The notes: generated by a model not told the origin, from the sequence alone. A stretch of 64,000 nucleotides of DNA from Candidatus Latescibacterota bacterium (GCA_965204725.1 OZ242005.1:1184001-1248000); one strand, 5' to 3'. Positions 8,291 to 18,103 are shown, counted from the first letter of the stretch. Made by a program: numbers and translations.

Positions 8291-10522
8291 CTAGTCTTCT
8301 TCTTCTACTTCTACTACTTCTATCTCAAGAGTTTGCACCCCTTCGAGCAGTAAATCGACGTCCTCTTGCGTAGAAATGGGCGCGGGAGGGGCAAAAGGCG
8401 GAAACGCATCTTCGGGTTCTTCTTCTCCTGCAAATTCCCCCTCCTCGCCTTCTCCTGCAAACTCCCCCTCCTCGCCTTCTCCTGCAAATTCTCCCTCCTC
8501 GCCTTCTCCTGCAAATTCTCCCTCCTCGCCTTCTCCTGCAGGCGGCTCGGGAAAGAATTCTGGCTCGGGTGGCGAGAAAAACGTCAGGCGAGCTTTTAAG
8601 AGGACGTTTTCGTCGGGTCTGTTGAGTCGTGCAAAAACATCGTCGAGCGTTTGTGCTCCCTCAAAACCGTCAAAGCCCCAACCATTAGGATCGTCAAAGC
8701 CCCAATCGTCAGGCCCTAAGACTGCGGCAGACCCCACTTCGAGTTGGTAAAAGCCGGGGGGCAGTGTGTCCGGTACGCTGAGGGCCAGCTCGACTTGCTG
8801 GTCATTGCGTCGTCCCACGCGCAGCGAAGTGGTAATCGCCAGTGTGCTGCCCAGACTGACGACCGTGTCGGCCTCAACCTCCGCTACGATGGCAAAACGA
8901 GTCTCGGGAATCACTTCGACATGCACCTCGGCGGAGCGCACCTGCAAGGCGTAATCGTTGCGCGTCATAAGCTCCCCGAGTGCGAAGCCCACGTCGTCAT
9001 AGGCATTATAGACGGAAGCCAAAAGCTGGCCTCCCGGCGAGGAGTAGAGCCGGGAACGAGCGAGCGTTGAATCGGTGCCGACAAAAGAAATATCCGTCGC
9101 CACGCGGACGCTGTGCTCAGGATCGTTGTCGATCCGGTTGAGCAAGGGAGAAAAGAATGCCCGGGAGACGAGGGCCTGCGAGGTATATGGACCGATGCTG
9201 ACGGCCATCCGGTGCGCGAGTTCGAGTTCGCTTCCCGAAGGAAACGCATAGACGCTCTTAATCGGTATTAATTCCGGGTCCTCGCCCAGTACGCCGCGCA
9301 CGGCCGGCAAACGGTCTTCGGTCAGGGTGCCGCGCACCGTTGGATTCAGGGTCGAGTACTTGAACGGGGCGGCCCAGTGGGAAATTTCCCCGAGGACCCG
9401 GGCTTCGATTATGGGAAGCTCGACCGGCCCCGCACTAGACATTGGATGCCCAAACCCATATACCCGGTTGCCGTCCATGTACGATACGGTTCCCAACGAA
9501 CCCAGCGTAATCTCCCCGAGCAACAACCCAACGGTCAGGGGCCGGCCGGCCTCAAAGCTCGCTTGGCGCTCTTGGGTTATGCCAGCGGAACTAGCTTGGC
9601 TCAGGATGGACGCTTTCCCTTCAGGCAGCGGATGGACGCTATTGAGTCCCGTGCTTAGCAAGGGAATTTCCAAGGGCGTTATGCGGTTCCCGGTCCACGT
9701 GGTCGCGGGTTTGGCCACGGGCACCGTTCCCCGCGTGCCGATGACCCACTCTATGGGGGTGGCAAAAAAGTAGTACGGCGGGCTGTCTTGGCCATCAAAA
9801 CTATAAGCCGCGGCCCCCCAAGTGCCCTGCTCGGTAAAAATGGGCGAACCGCTCATCCCCGCAGCAATGCCCCCGAGCTGGATCAAAACGGGATCGGAGG
9901 CTTCTAACATGTAAATCGGCATGGGGGCCAAGAAATCATCAACCACTTGGACGAACTTCACTGCAAAATCGGCCAGTTCGCCGTGGGCAAATTCAGTGCG
10001 CAGGAATGCGGGCGTCCCCACGGGCATGGAGCGGACCTCGTCAGCCGAGACAATGGACGACAGATCCCAAGGCTTTAACTCCCCGGTGGGCCGCACAACC
10101 GCTTCGGCTGGGTCCCGCAGCGAATGGGCCGCGGCCAGCATGGAATCGGCGGCCGCGAGCATGGTCTGGGCGGCGGCGAGCATGGAGTCGGCATCGGCGG
10201 CGACCGTTGAATCGGCGTCGGCCGCGACCATGGCGTTGGCCGCCGTCAGCATCGAGCTCGCGTTAGCCTTCATAGTTTGGGCGGCGGCGAGCATGGAGTC
10301 GGCGTCGGCGGCTACTGTCGAATCGGCGTCGGCGGCGACCATGGCATTGGCCGCCGTCAGCATGGAATCGGCCGTGGCTAGCATGGTCTGGGCGGTGGCC
10401 ATCATGGCATCGGCTCTGGCGATCATCGAATCGACGGCCGCCGCTGTGGGGGCAGAATCGTCGTCGTCTCCACAACTCCACAGACCGAGGGCGAGGGCGA
10501 ATAGGGCTAAACGGATCGACAT
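8291..10522 (-). CDS. SpoIVB/peptidase S55-like lipoprotein with repetitive N- and C-terminal regions
   Basis: lipobox LWSC; GIAAGMSGSPI catalytic Ser motif; LGTVSY.DG.RVYGFGHP; AGGAG RBS. Confidence 0.8.
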   Translation of the reverse strand: MSIRLALFALALGLWSCGDDDDSAPTAAAVDSMIARADAMMATAQTMLATADSMLTAANAMVAADADSTVAADADSMLAAAQTMKANASSMLTAANAMVAADADSTVAADADSMLAAAQTMLAAADSMLAAAHSLRDPAEAVVRPTGELKPWDLSSIVSADEVRSMPVGTPAFLRTEFAHGELADFAVKFVQVVDDFLAPMPIYMLEASDPVLIQLGGIAAGMSGSPIFTEQGTWGAAAYSFDGQDSPPYYFFATPIEWVIGTRGTVPVAKPATTWTGNRITPLEIPLLSTGLNSVHPLPEGKASILSQASSAGITQERQASFEAGRPLTVGLLLGEITLGSLGTVSYMDGNRVYGFGHPMSSAGPVELPIIEARVLGEISHWAAPFKYSTLNPTVRGTLTEDRLPAVRGVLGEDPELIPIKSVYAFPSGSELELAHRMAVSIGPYTSQALVSRAFFSPLLNRIDNDPEHSVRVATDISFVGTDSTLARSRLYSSPGGQLLASVYNAYDDVGFALGELMTRNDYALQVRSAEVHVEVIPETRFAIVAEVEADTVVSLGSTLAITTSLRVGRRNDQQVELALSVPDTLPPGFYQLEVGSAAVLGPDDWGFDDPNGWGFDGFEGAQTLDDVFARLNRPDENVLLKARLTFFSPPEPEFFPEPPAGEGEEGEFAGEGEEGEFAGEGEEGEFAGEGEEGEFAGEEEPEDAFPPFAPPAPISTQEDVDLLLEGVQTLEIEVVEVEEED
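8423..8540 (-). repeat. 27-bp coding tandem repeat x4 (AGEGEEGEF)
   Basis: ttctcctgcaaattc(c/t)ccctcctcgcc repeated on + strand. Confidence 0.9.
10140..10386 (-). repeat. 111-bp (37 aa) coding tandem duplication, Ala/Asp/Met-rich
   Basis: MLTAANAMVAADADSTVAADADSMLAAAQTM occurs twice; DNA units at about 10171 and 10282. Confidence 0.85.
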
Positions 10523-10665
10523 AATAGGTGTTCTCCTAAGTTGGTGTATGCGATGGGTGCAGTTCGATGTTCTCCAGTTCCGTCGGGAAAATCCGCCCTG
10601 CGTGGAGTAGCGGGAATTCTAAACGCAACCTCCTCTTTGTGCAAAGTTAGCCCGCGACGTGGTTA

Positions 10666-11430
10666 TCAGACGCAGCCTGGGTGCTCGCGCCCGCGCAACA
10701 GAGGGTATTCGGGCTTGTCCTCGGGGCGGCCCGTCCAGTGCGAGCGCGCACTCATGTAATGAGTGGCCATGCCGCGGCGGCGCGTAGTGGTCTGGTTGGG
10801 ACCGGAGCGGTGCAAGAGCAGGCTGTGGTGGAAGGAGCAGTCGCCCGCTTGCAACAGGATGGGCCGTTCGCGCTGGCGATCGATGGCGGCATCGGGAACC
10901 TTTTTGTCTTGTCGCGGGCCGACCATCCACACCTCGCTGTGGTCCACTAGCCCCTCGCGGTGGCTGCCCGGCACGACCCACAAGCAGCCGTTTTCAAGGG
11001 TGACATCGTCTAAGGCGACCCAAGCGGTGGCCAGAGCCATCGGCGCGATGTGGAAGTACGCGGAGTCTTGGTGATAGGTTTTTTCAACGCCGCCCGGTCC
11101 CTTGATAAAAACTTGGTCGCCGAAGAGCTTGACGTCCGGGCCGAGTAGTTCGACGACTGCGGTGAGGAGAGGTTCCCGCGCTGCGTGGTCGCGGAAGAAG
11201 GCATCGCATTGGGAGGGGCCGTTGATCTTGCGCAAGTGATCGATGTGGCGTTGCCGCGGCGCGTTGGGATCGAACTCAATGCGCGCCTCGGGGAAGGGCA
11301 AGACGCCCGAGGCGATCCCCTCTAGGTGGGCGCGGAGTGCGCTCACGTCTGCGGCGGAGAGGGCGTTTTTCAAGATGGTGTACCCGTCTTGCTGGTACTG
11401 GGCGATTTGTTCGGGGCTGAGCGCGGACAT
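10666..11430 (-). CDS. phytanoyl-CoA dioxygenase (PhyH) family protein
   Basis: YHQD (HxD), WVALDD...ENGCLWVVPGSH, LLLHRSGPN..RR; ATG 11430 after GGAGG. Confidence 0.9.
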   Translation of the reverse strand: MSALSPEQIAQYQQDGYTILKNALSAADVSALRAHLEGIASGVLPFPEARIEFDPNAPRQRHIDHLRKINGPSQCDAFFRDHAAREPLLTAVVELLGPDVKLFGDQVFIKGPGGVEKTYHQDSAYFHIAPMALATAWVALDDVTLENGCLWVVPGSHREGLVDHSEVWMVGPRQDKKVPDAAIDRQRERPILLQAGDCSFHHSLLLHRSGPNQTTTRRRGMATHYMSARSHWTGRPEDKPEYPLLRGREHPGCV

Positions 11431-11441
11431 GGTCCTCCAAT

Positions 11442-12773
11442 TTAGGTGATCTCTGCCAGCGCGTTCCCCACAGCGGCAACTAACCCGTCGATATGCCCAG
11501 CGTCCATGGGCGTAGAAAGGGCACACATGCCAAGCCCCGGGCCGAGGAAGTACCCTTGCTCGATGAGCGAGAGAAAGAGCGGTTGAACGAGGGTTTGGTC
11601 GGCCACGGCGAGGTCGCGGTAGTTGGCGATGGGAGTGCCAGCAAAGTGGATGCTAAAGACCGATCCCGTGCAGACCGCTTGGGCGGCGACCGCGCGGGCG
11701 GCAAAGAGCGCGTTGAGCTGGTCCTTTAAGCGCGCTCCGAGTGCGTTGAGGTGGGCGATGGCTTGCGGCGTCAGCTCGCTCAAGGTCGCCATACCAGCGG
11801 CCATGGCCACGGGATGGGCACTAAAGGTGCCGCTCTGGAAAAAGCCGGTGGATTGCTGCGAGTTGTCGAATAGGTCCATCAGGTCGGCCCGGCCGCCAAA
11901 GGCCCCCACCGGAAAGCCGCCGCCGATGATCTTGCCAAAGCAACTCAAGTCTGGGTCGATGCCGTACCGGCCCTGCAAGCCGCCCGTGCCCACGCGGAAC
12001 CCCACGATTTCGTCGAAGATGAGCAAGACCTCGTGGCGGCGGGTGATGTCGCGCACGGCGCGGGCAAAGTCCGGCTGTACGTCTAGGATGCCGGCCTTGG
12101 GGTCAAAGAGGACGCAGGCGAGCTCGCCCGCATGCGCGGCGACGAGCCGCTCGACGGCCTCGGGGTCGTGATAGGGGAGGATGAGGGCTTCGGACGCGGC
12201 CGACGGGGACATGCCGGCGACCCCGGGCAGCGCGGCGGGCGCGGCGGCTGGGCCGGCTTGGTCTAGGGGCGGGGCCACGCTGATCTCTACGGCGTCGTGG
12301 CTGCCGTGGTAGCCGCCCTCGAACTTGGCGATCTTGCCGCGCTGCGTAAAGCCTCGCGCCAAGCGAATCGCGTGTAGGGTAGCCTCGGTGCCGGAGTTGA
12401 CAAAGCGAATCCGCTCCAGCGCATCCACCCGGCTGCACATCGCGCGGGCGATCTCGCTCTCAATGCCGGTGGGGGTGCCCAAGGCAATGCCCTGTTGCAT
12501 CTGCTCGCGCACGGCCGCCTCCACGCGCTCGTGCCCGTGCCCGAGGACTTGGGCCGTGTGGTGGTTGGCGCAATCGACGTAGCGGTGCCCATCGACATCC
12601 CACAGGTAGCAGCCCTTGCCGCGGGCCATGGCGAGCGGATAAGGCGGGTAGTAATACGCGCCTTTGGCCGCACCGGCCGTATAGACGCGGCCCTGCTCAA
12701 AAAGGGCGCGGGAACGAGGGTTTGCGCAGCGATAGCGCGCTTGGCACACTTCTATCAATCGAGCTGAATCCAA
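11442..12773 (-). CDS. class III aminotransferase (glutamate-1-semialdehyde aminomutase-like)
   Basis: WDVDG..YVD, NSGTEAT, GGYHG, LIFDEIVGFR, GKIIGGGFPVGAFGG, SGTF; start uncertain (TTG 12773 or TTG 12758 overlapping the REase stop). Confidence 0.88.
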   Translation of the reverse strand: MDSARLIEVCQARYRCANPRSRALFEQGRVYTAGAAKGAYYYPPYPLAMARGKGCYLWDVDGHRYVDCANHHTAQVLGHGHERVEAAVREQMQQGIALGTPTGIESEIARAMCSRVDALERIRFVNSGTEATLHAIRLARGFTQRGKIAKFEGGYHGSHDAVEISVAPPLDQAGPAAAPAALPGVAGMSPSAASEALILPYHDPEAVERLVAAHAGELACVLFDPKAGILDVQPDFARAVRDITRRHEVLLIFDEIVGFRVGTGGLQGRYGIDPDLSCFGKIIGGGFPVGAFGGRADLMDLFDNSQQSTGFFQSGTFSAHPVAMAAGMATLSELTPQAIAHLNALGARLKDQLNALFAARAVAAQAVCTGSVFSIHFAGTPIANYRDLAVADQTLVQPLFLSLIEQGYFLGPGLGMCALSTPMDAGHIDGLVAAVGNALAEIT

Positions 12774-13489
12774 TTTTTCTGGTAATTGATGGTCTGTAGA
12801 ATAGCGTTTTCAGGGACAGAGGGGACATTCTTTTTGATCCTAAAACGACGAGCCGATCCCGGTACATCGCGTATGATAGTAAATTGACCTCCGTGAAACT
12901 GCCAAGTAAAACAATGTCTGTCGTCCGCCACTCGGTGCCCTTGGATATTACTGTTTTCATTTAATTGCCAAGCGTAGTCCCCCGGGACGTACTGTCTCGC
13001 CTCATCCTCAAACAAGACAAATTCTTTTGACTCCATATTGCGGATCAACACTAGTACGCGCATGTCAGCGTGAGCGCGCCGACTCGCGTTCAAGCGACTG
13101 TTCCATATAGTTAGGACCGCGGCCCCCGTCTTTTGGATATCAGCGCGGGGGTCTGATATACCAAAAGAGTAATCTGGCGAATTCCGTCCAGATATGAGGC
13201 GAACCTTAGATTGATCGACCGGCCTTTTGGCCTTGATAGTTTTGACCGACCAGCCAGAATCATTGAGGGCTACATCGGTCAGTCCGACGGGGCTGTCGTA
13301 GTGGGTTCCCTTGATCGCAGCGGCGAACATATCCCCGAAGTCGTTGCCGGATAGGTCGTTGCGACCAATGGCGTAGCAGTGAACCAAACGCTTGCCAAAC
13401 TCATAGAGAATCTCGTCCGGTATTTGGCCGACGGGCCAAGGCCCTTGTTGAGCTCCGCTGCTTCCGCGTAATCGGGGGGTATTAGACAT
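12755..13489 (-). CDS. putative type II restriction endonuclease partnered with the C5-MTase
   Basis: 244 aa, overlaps the MTase stop; TDVAL...WSVKT is a plausible D...xxK nuclease variant; assignment mainly by context. Confidence 0.6.
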   Translation of the reverse strand: MSNTPRLRGSSGAQQGPWPVGQIPDEILYEFGKRLVHCYAIGRNDLSGNDFGDMFAAAIKGTHYDSPVGLTDVALNDSGWSVKTIKAKRPVDQSKVRLISGRNSPDYSFGISDPRADIQKTGAAVLTIWNSRLNASRRAHADMRVLVLIRNMESKEFVLFEDEARQYVPGDYAWQLNENSNIQGHRVADDRHCFTWQFHGGQFTIIRDVPGSARRFRIKKNVPSVPENAILQTINYQKNWIQLD

Positions 13490-14474
13490 TGGACAACCGC
13501 TCTAGCACGGAGCGAACTATCGGCACTGGAACCGAGTTCCCAGCCTGCTTGCGGCATTGACCGTCCGTTGTATGTAGCTTAAAACTGTCGGGAAAGCCCT
13601 GTAATCGGAACATCTCTCGGGGCGTGAGGCGACGCTCGCCATCGACGAGAAGATAATTGTAGCTGGCACCTGCTCGCAGGGCACATGAAAACGGATGACT
13701 GGATATGTTGCCGCCTTTATTTTCATGCCATATAGAGGGTCGCACATTTGCAGTATGCGCGTTCTTGCGTTTCTGCCTGATATAGGGCGACGCAAAATGT
13801 CTTGCCGCAGGAGACTTCTCCAACACTTTGGATAGAGGCTTCATTGGTTCACTTCCTTGGGGCCACCTAAAGCTACCCAAGCCGTCCAGTCTGCCAACTA
13901 TAAATACGCGTTCGCGCTTTTGGGGCAGGCCGTAATCGAGTGCATTTAACACTCGATAGTCCACGTCGTATCCAAGCCCACGTAAGGTGCTGAGAATTTT
14001 CTCCATGACTCGGCCTTTTTGGGCTGTCACTAATTGCTTGACGTTCTCCAAAATGAACGCCGTTGGCTGTTTAGCCTTGAGCACTCGCACAATGTGGAAA
14101 AACAAGGTTCCCCGCTCATCGGCAAAACCCGCTCGGTCGCCAATGATACTAAAGGGCTGACAGGGGAAGCCGGCGCAGAGTAGGTCATGGTCTGGGATGT
14201 CCTCTGCCGCGATGCGAGTAATATCGCCTTGCGGTACGATGCCAAAGTTGCTGAAATAGACCTCGCAGGCTGGCGCATCAATGTCGCACGCAAAGACGCA
14301 TTGCAGCCCATGTGCTACCGCCGCAAGATGAAAGCCACCGACACCGCAGAACAGGTCCGTGAAGGTCTGTAAACGCTGCGGCTTCTTTGTACTTTTTGGA
14401 AAGACCAAAGACGACTGAATGGACCTGTTCTGCGGAAAAGTTTCTGGCTCAGTCTGGATAGGGGTATCAACCAT
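13482..14474 (-). CDS. DNA (cytosine-5)-methyltransferase
   Basis: DLFCGVGG, GFPCQPFS, ILENV, QKRERVFIV, RRLTPRE..RLQGFP, GNSV; ATG 14474 after GAGGAGG. Confidence 0.95.
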   Translation of the reverse strand: MVDTPIQTEPETFPQNRSIQSSLVFPKSTKKPQRLQTFTDLFCGVGGFHLAAVAHGLQCVFACDIDAPACEVYFSNFGIVPQGDITRIAAEDIPDHDLLCAGFPCQPFSIIGDRAGFADERGTLFFHIVRVLKAKQPTAFILENVKQLVTAQKGRVMEKILSTLRGLGYDVDYRVLNALDYGLPQKRERVFIVGRLDGLGSFRWPQGSEPMKPLSKVLEKSPAARHFASPYIRQKRKNAHTANVRPSIWHENKGGNISSHPFSCALRAGASYNYLLVDGERRLTPREMFRLQGFPDSFKLHTTDGQCRKQAGNSVPVPIVRSVLERLSNV

Positions 14475-14620
14475 CCAAAACCTCCTCGTAGCTTGATCAT
14501 ATAAACATGCACCAATAGAGTACAAGCGCAATAGGTGCGCCCGCGGCCCCGCTAATTTCGTGGCTGCCGAAGCCCCGGGGAGTTGACGCGGCCCCGGTTC
14601 GCACCCATTCTTCTCAGGTC

Positions 14621-14656
14621 GCTCACCATTCACCACTCACCACTCACCGCTCACCA
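14621..14656 (+). repeat. heptamer tandem repeat (ctcacca) x5
   Basis: ctcacca ttcacca ctcacca ctcaccg ctcacca immediately upstream of ATG 14662. Confidence 0.7.
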
Positions 14657-14661
14657 TCGCC

Positions 14662-15756
14662 ATGTCCCAAACCGAATACGCTGTCGAAGTCGCGTCCGCG
14701 GCTGAGGTTTCGCTGATCGACTGCGACGTCCACAACTACCCGAATTCCATTGACGACCTCATGCCCTTTTTGTCGGCGCGCTGGCAGGCGTATGTGCGGC
14801 AATCTGGGTTTAGTGGCCCGCCCGGGCCGACCTATCCCAAGGGGTTTGCCCAAGCGGCGCGGCGCGATGCTTGGCCGCCGTCGGGCCTGCGGCCGGGAGG
14901 CGACCCGGATTTTGCGCGCACTCAGTTGCTCGACGCTTGGGGCATTGACGTGGCCGTGCTCAACCCGCTCTACGGCATGACGGCCCTGCACAACCTCGAC
15001 TTTGCCAATGCGCTGATGCGGGCGGTCAACGAGTGGACCGCGCACACTTGGCTCGACCACGACCCGCGCTGGCGCGGCTCGATTGTGGTCAATGCCAACG
15101 ACCCAGCGCGGGCCGCCGCAGAAATTGAGCGGGTCGCGGCCGATCCGCGCTTTGTGCAGGTGTTGCTCTTGGTGCGGTCGAGCGCGCCGTACGGCAAGCG
15201 GCAGTTTAGGCCGATTTTTGCCGCGGCCTGCGAGGTCGGTCTGCCGGTGGGGATCCACTTTGGCGGCAGCGGCCAGCCGATCACGGCCTGCGGTTGGCCT
15301 TCCTATTACATCGAAGACCACACGGCCATGTCGCAGGCCTTTGAGGCGCAGGTCATCAGCCTCGTTTGCGAGGGGGTGTTCTGCGAATTCCCCGCGCTGC
15401 GCGTCGCGCTCATTGAGGGAGGGTTCGCGTGGTTGCCTGGGCTGATGTGGCGGCTGGACAAAAACTACCGAGGCTTGCGCAGCGAGGTGCCGTGGCTGAA
15501 GAAGCGGCCCAGCGAGTACATCCGCCTGCACTGCCGCGCCACGACCCAGCCCATGGAGGAGCCGGACGATCCCCGGCACTTATTGCACCTCATCGACATG
15601 ATCGGCTGCGAGGATTTCCTGATGTTCGCTACGGATTATCCGCACTGGGACTTTGACTCGCCGGCCCGCGCGCTGCCGCCGGTGCTCGACGACGCGCTGC
15701 GCCGGGGTATCATGGTCGATAATGCCGAGGCATTCTATGGGTTTGCGGCGCGTTGA
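14662..15756 (+). CDS. amidohydrolase_2 fold protein (PtmU3/AibH-like dinuclear oxygenase candidate)
   Basis: IDCDVH, GIHFGG, LIEGG, TDYPHWD motifs; overlaps Rieske gene. Confidence 0.85.
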   Translation: MSQTEYAVEVASAAEVSLIDCDVHNYPNSIDDLMPFLSARWQAYVRQSGFSGPPGPTYPKGFAQAARRDAWPPSGLRPGGDPDFARTQLLDAWGIDVAVLNPLYGMTALHNLDFANALMRAVNEWTAHTWLDHDPRWRGSIVVNANDPARAAAEIERVAADPRFVQVLLLVRSSAPYGKRQFRPIFAAACEVGLPVGIHFGGSGQPITACGWPSYYIEDHTAMSQAFEAQVISLVCEGVFCEFPALRVALIEGGFAWLPGLMWRLDKNYRGLRSEVPWLKKRPSEYIRLHCRATTQPMEEPDDPRHLLHLIDMIGCEDFLMFATDYPHWDFDSPARALPPVLDDALRRGIMVDNAEAFYGFAAR

Positions 15757-16102
15757 CGTAGGGCCGGTGGATGCCTTTGCCGATGGCGCGGTCCGCCGGG
15801 TCGAGGTCGCGGGGCGTGGCTTGGCCATCGTGCGGCAGGGGGATGCTTGGTACGCGCTCCGCGATGTGTGCCCTCACCAAGGGGCGCGTCTGTCGGATGG
15901 GCGGGTCGGGGGTACGGTGCTGGCGCGTCGCCCGGGGGACGAGATCGTCTTGGGGCGCGTGGGCGAGGTTTTGAGCTGCCCGTGGCACGGCTGGGAATAC
16001 GATGTGCGCACGGGCCGGTCGCTTTGCGAGCCTGAGCGGGTGCGGGTGCGGACTTATCCGGTGCGGGTGGAGGATGGGCGGGTGGTTGTGGAGATGGACT
16101 AG
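15737..16102 (+). CDS. Rieske (2Fe-2S) ferredoxin
   Basis: CPHQG and CPWHGWEYD motifs; ATG 15737 overlaps upstream gene end. Confidence 0.9.
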   Translation: MGLRRVDVGPVDAFADGAVRRVEVAGRGLAIVRQGDAWYALRDVCPHQGARLSDGRVGGTVLARRPGDEIVLGRVGEVLSCPWHGWEYDVRTGRSLCEPERVRVRTYPVRVEDGRVVVEMD

Positions 16103-16159
16103 GGGGATGGCCACAAGAGGCACAAAGGGCACAAGAGGGGGGCTTTGCGCTGGGGCGGG

Positions 16160-16265
16160 TTAGGGCGTGTTGAACAAGCCGTAGAGACAGGATCCGTCAT
16201 TCCCGCGAACGCGGGAATCCAGCCGGGATCGTTTAGACCACCAGAGTTTGCAGACCGCTTCTTAG
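16160..16265 (+). mobile_element. MITE-like element containing a CGTC/dRS3-type palindrome (copy 1)
   Basis: gcgtgttgaacaagccgtagag..ggatccgtcattcccgcgaacgcgggaatccagccgggatcgtttagacc...gaccgcttct matches the reverse complement of 55614-55727. Confidence 0.75.
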
Positions 16266-17740
16266 AGGTCAGTGGAGCGCCAAGTATTCAGTCCGCTCAC
16301 CAAGCACTCTTCGAGCCAAACGCGGAATCGCTCTTCTATAGACGCTAGGTCTTCCCGATAGTTGATCTGAAACAGGCTGCGCGCAAGCACGTGGGCCGAA
16401 CCCGTCTCCCGTTCTTCGCGGTCCATCTGAACTCGCTGAAAGAATACGGCCGAACAGGCCAGTACCCCTCGGAATTCGCGTCCGATGCCATGGAAGGAAA
16501 GCAGAATCTGGCTCTGGTTCGCATTGTGGATGACGAGACGCACCCAAGCGCGATAGGACTCTAGATTGGCGAAGTAGTCGAGTGCCTGTGCCCCGGCCAC
16601 GATCTGCGGCCGGAAATAGTGGCTGCGTTCGCCGTGGTCGGATTCTCCGTCAACAAATACCTGAACGTGATCGAGGATGGTGCCCAGATGGGTCTCTATT
16701 GCCGTCCTCAGTTCGTTCATCCGCGTCTCGGCACCCTGCCGCAGATATTCCGCCTTATCCCTGACTGTGTTCCATTCATCCGTGAGGACCTTGCGACGAT
16801 GCTCCAATTCTCGGCGCGTGGCGCGGATCAAATCCTCGGCGCGGAAGTCCTTCTCAACTTCGTGGGACAAACCGAGTGCCCGCACGAATTCGCGTTTCTG
16901 GATTTCCGCAAAAAAGCCGATGAGTGGGTTTAGATCGCCGCGATCTGCTGCTTGCAAAGCGTCCAAATAGTCGCCTTTCGCCTTGCTCCGCACGACCAGA
17001 GGAAAGCGGTGTGCCTTGACGAGAACGAGCGTGGCGAGTGCTCTTACTACCCGGCCATTGCCATCCTGAAACGGATGGATCTGCGTGAAGCGGTGGTGGA
17101 GCCAAGCGGCTTCGACTTCGGGCGCGACCTTTTCGTGGGCGCGGTGCATTTCGATTAGCCGGTCCATCTCGGAAGCGACCTGCTCGGGTGGACAGTATTC
17201 GTGGATTGCACCGCCGCGGCCGAGCGGATTGTTCGGTCGTTTCTTATAAGTGCCGCGTAGCAGCGGAATCCGCACTCGTTTCCCGAGCCGGTCCCTGCCC
17301 TCTGCGGTCTCCTGATTCTGCGTCAGCAGTTGGTGAAGCTCCTTGATGTAACTCGTGGAGAGTGTGCGCTCGTCCTTGACGAAGGCGAATACATACTCGA
17401 TAGCCGCCTCGTGATCCTGAATCATGGAGGCAATCCGTTCCGGGTCGTCGCCAGAGCCGTGCGGGATTAAGGTCGCGTCAATGCCGCGCTCAATCAGGAG
17501 TTCTGTGACGCCGCGGTCGAAGTCGTACACCCGTTCTATCAATCCGGTCTCGACCGCCCATTCCCGGTGTAGTTTCCGGTTAAACTCGGACAGGGCCTCC
17601 GAATCTGCTAGCTGGCTGCGCTCTGTTTCCCATACCGCAGCGAGCGAATCGAGTTCCTTCTGCGCCAAGGTCGCCGGGTCGTTCTCATAGTCGAGAATCG
17701 GAGTCCACTTGTACTCGCTGTCCATACTATTTCTCGCCAT
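16262..17740 (-). CDS. Fic family protein with long C-terminal extension
   Basis: HPFQDGNGRVVR Fic motif; AVETGLIE inhibitory-type motif in the N-terminal part. Confidence 0.9.
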   Translation of the reverse strand: MARNSMDSEYKWTPILDYENDPATLAQKELDSLAAVWETERSQLADSEALSEFNRKLHREWAVETGLIERVYDFDRGVTELLIERGIDATLIPHGSGDDPERIASMIQDHEAAIEYVFAFVKDERTLSTSYIKELHQLLTQNQETAEGRDRLGKRVRIPLLRGTYKKRPNNPLGRGGAIHEYCPPEQVASEMDRLIEMHRAHEKVAPEVEAAWLHHRFTQIHPFQDGNGRVVRALATLVLVKAHRFPLVVRSKAKGDYLDALQAADRGDLNPLIGFFAEIQKREFVRALGLSHEVEKDFRAEDLIRATRRELEHRRKVLTDEWNTVRDKAEYLRQGAETRMNELRTAIETHLGTILDHVQVFVDGESDHGERSHYFRPQIVAGAQALDYFANLESYRAWVRLVIHNANQSQILLSFHGIGREFRGVLACSAVFFQRVQMDREERETGSAHVLARSLFQINYREDLASIEERFRVWLEECLVSGLNTWRSTDL

Positions 17741-17819
17741 GACTTCGTCGTTGAGGCACTACGCCGCGAACTGTTAAGGTGGGTTCTGCAAAAAAATAGG
17801 CGTTGAGGAACGATTAGCG

Positions 17820-17869
17820 ACTAACCGCCGACGCTTTCACGGAATATCCTCATCAAGAAGCACTTGCAT
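17820..17869 (-). pseudogene. remnant of DUF5615 PIN-like toxin
   Basis: ATG overlapping DUF433 end reads MQVLLDEDIP then TGA; matches the usual M.VLLDE..P start of DUF433 partners. Confidence 0.6.
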
Positions 17870-18101
17870 CTTGCGTTCTCAAGTAATCCAGTCCTTGGGG
17901 CGAAAGCTCAAGATAAGACTCTAACTGCCACCGCTCGACCGTGGGGTAATCTTGGAGAAATTCCTCGACAGAGTGCCCCCCTTTGAGATAACTCACTAAA
18001 TTGTCCACCGGGACCCGCGTACCGGTGAAAACCAGATCGCCGCTGTGGATTTCAGGATCTCGTTGGACCACCTTCTCCAGTACAATATCGTTCTGCCCCA
18101 T
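17853..18101 (-). CDS. DUF433 domain antitoxin-like protein
   Basis: RDPEIHSG..VF.GTRVPV..L...L..G.S.EEFL.DYP. Confidence 0.9.
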   Translation of the reverse strand: MGQNDIVLEKVVQRDPEIHSGDLVFTGTRVPVDNLVSYLKGGHSVEEFLQDYPTVERWQLESYLELSPQGLDYLRTQDASAS

Positions 18102-18103
18102 TC

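Noticed and set aside
8423-8540. 27-bp repeats as a CRISPR array
   Set aside because: The units are contiguous without spacers and are in-frame coding repeats.
16108-16138. gcacaa-type short repeats after the Rieske gene
   Set aside because: Three degenerate 9-10-bp units only; no structure or function can be supported.
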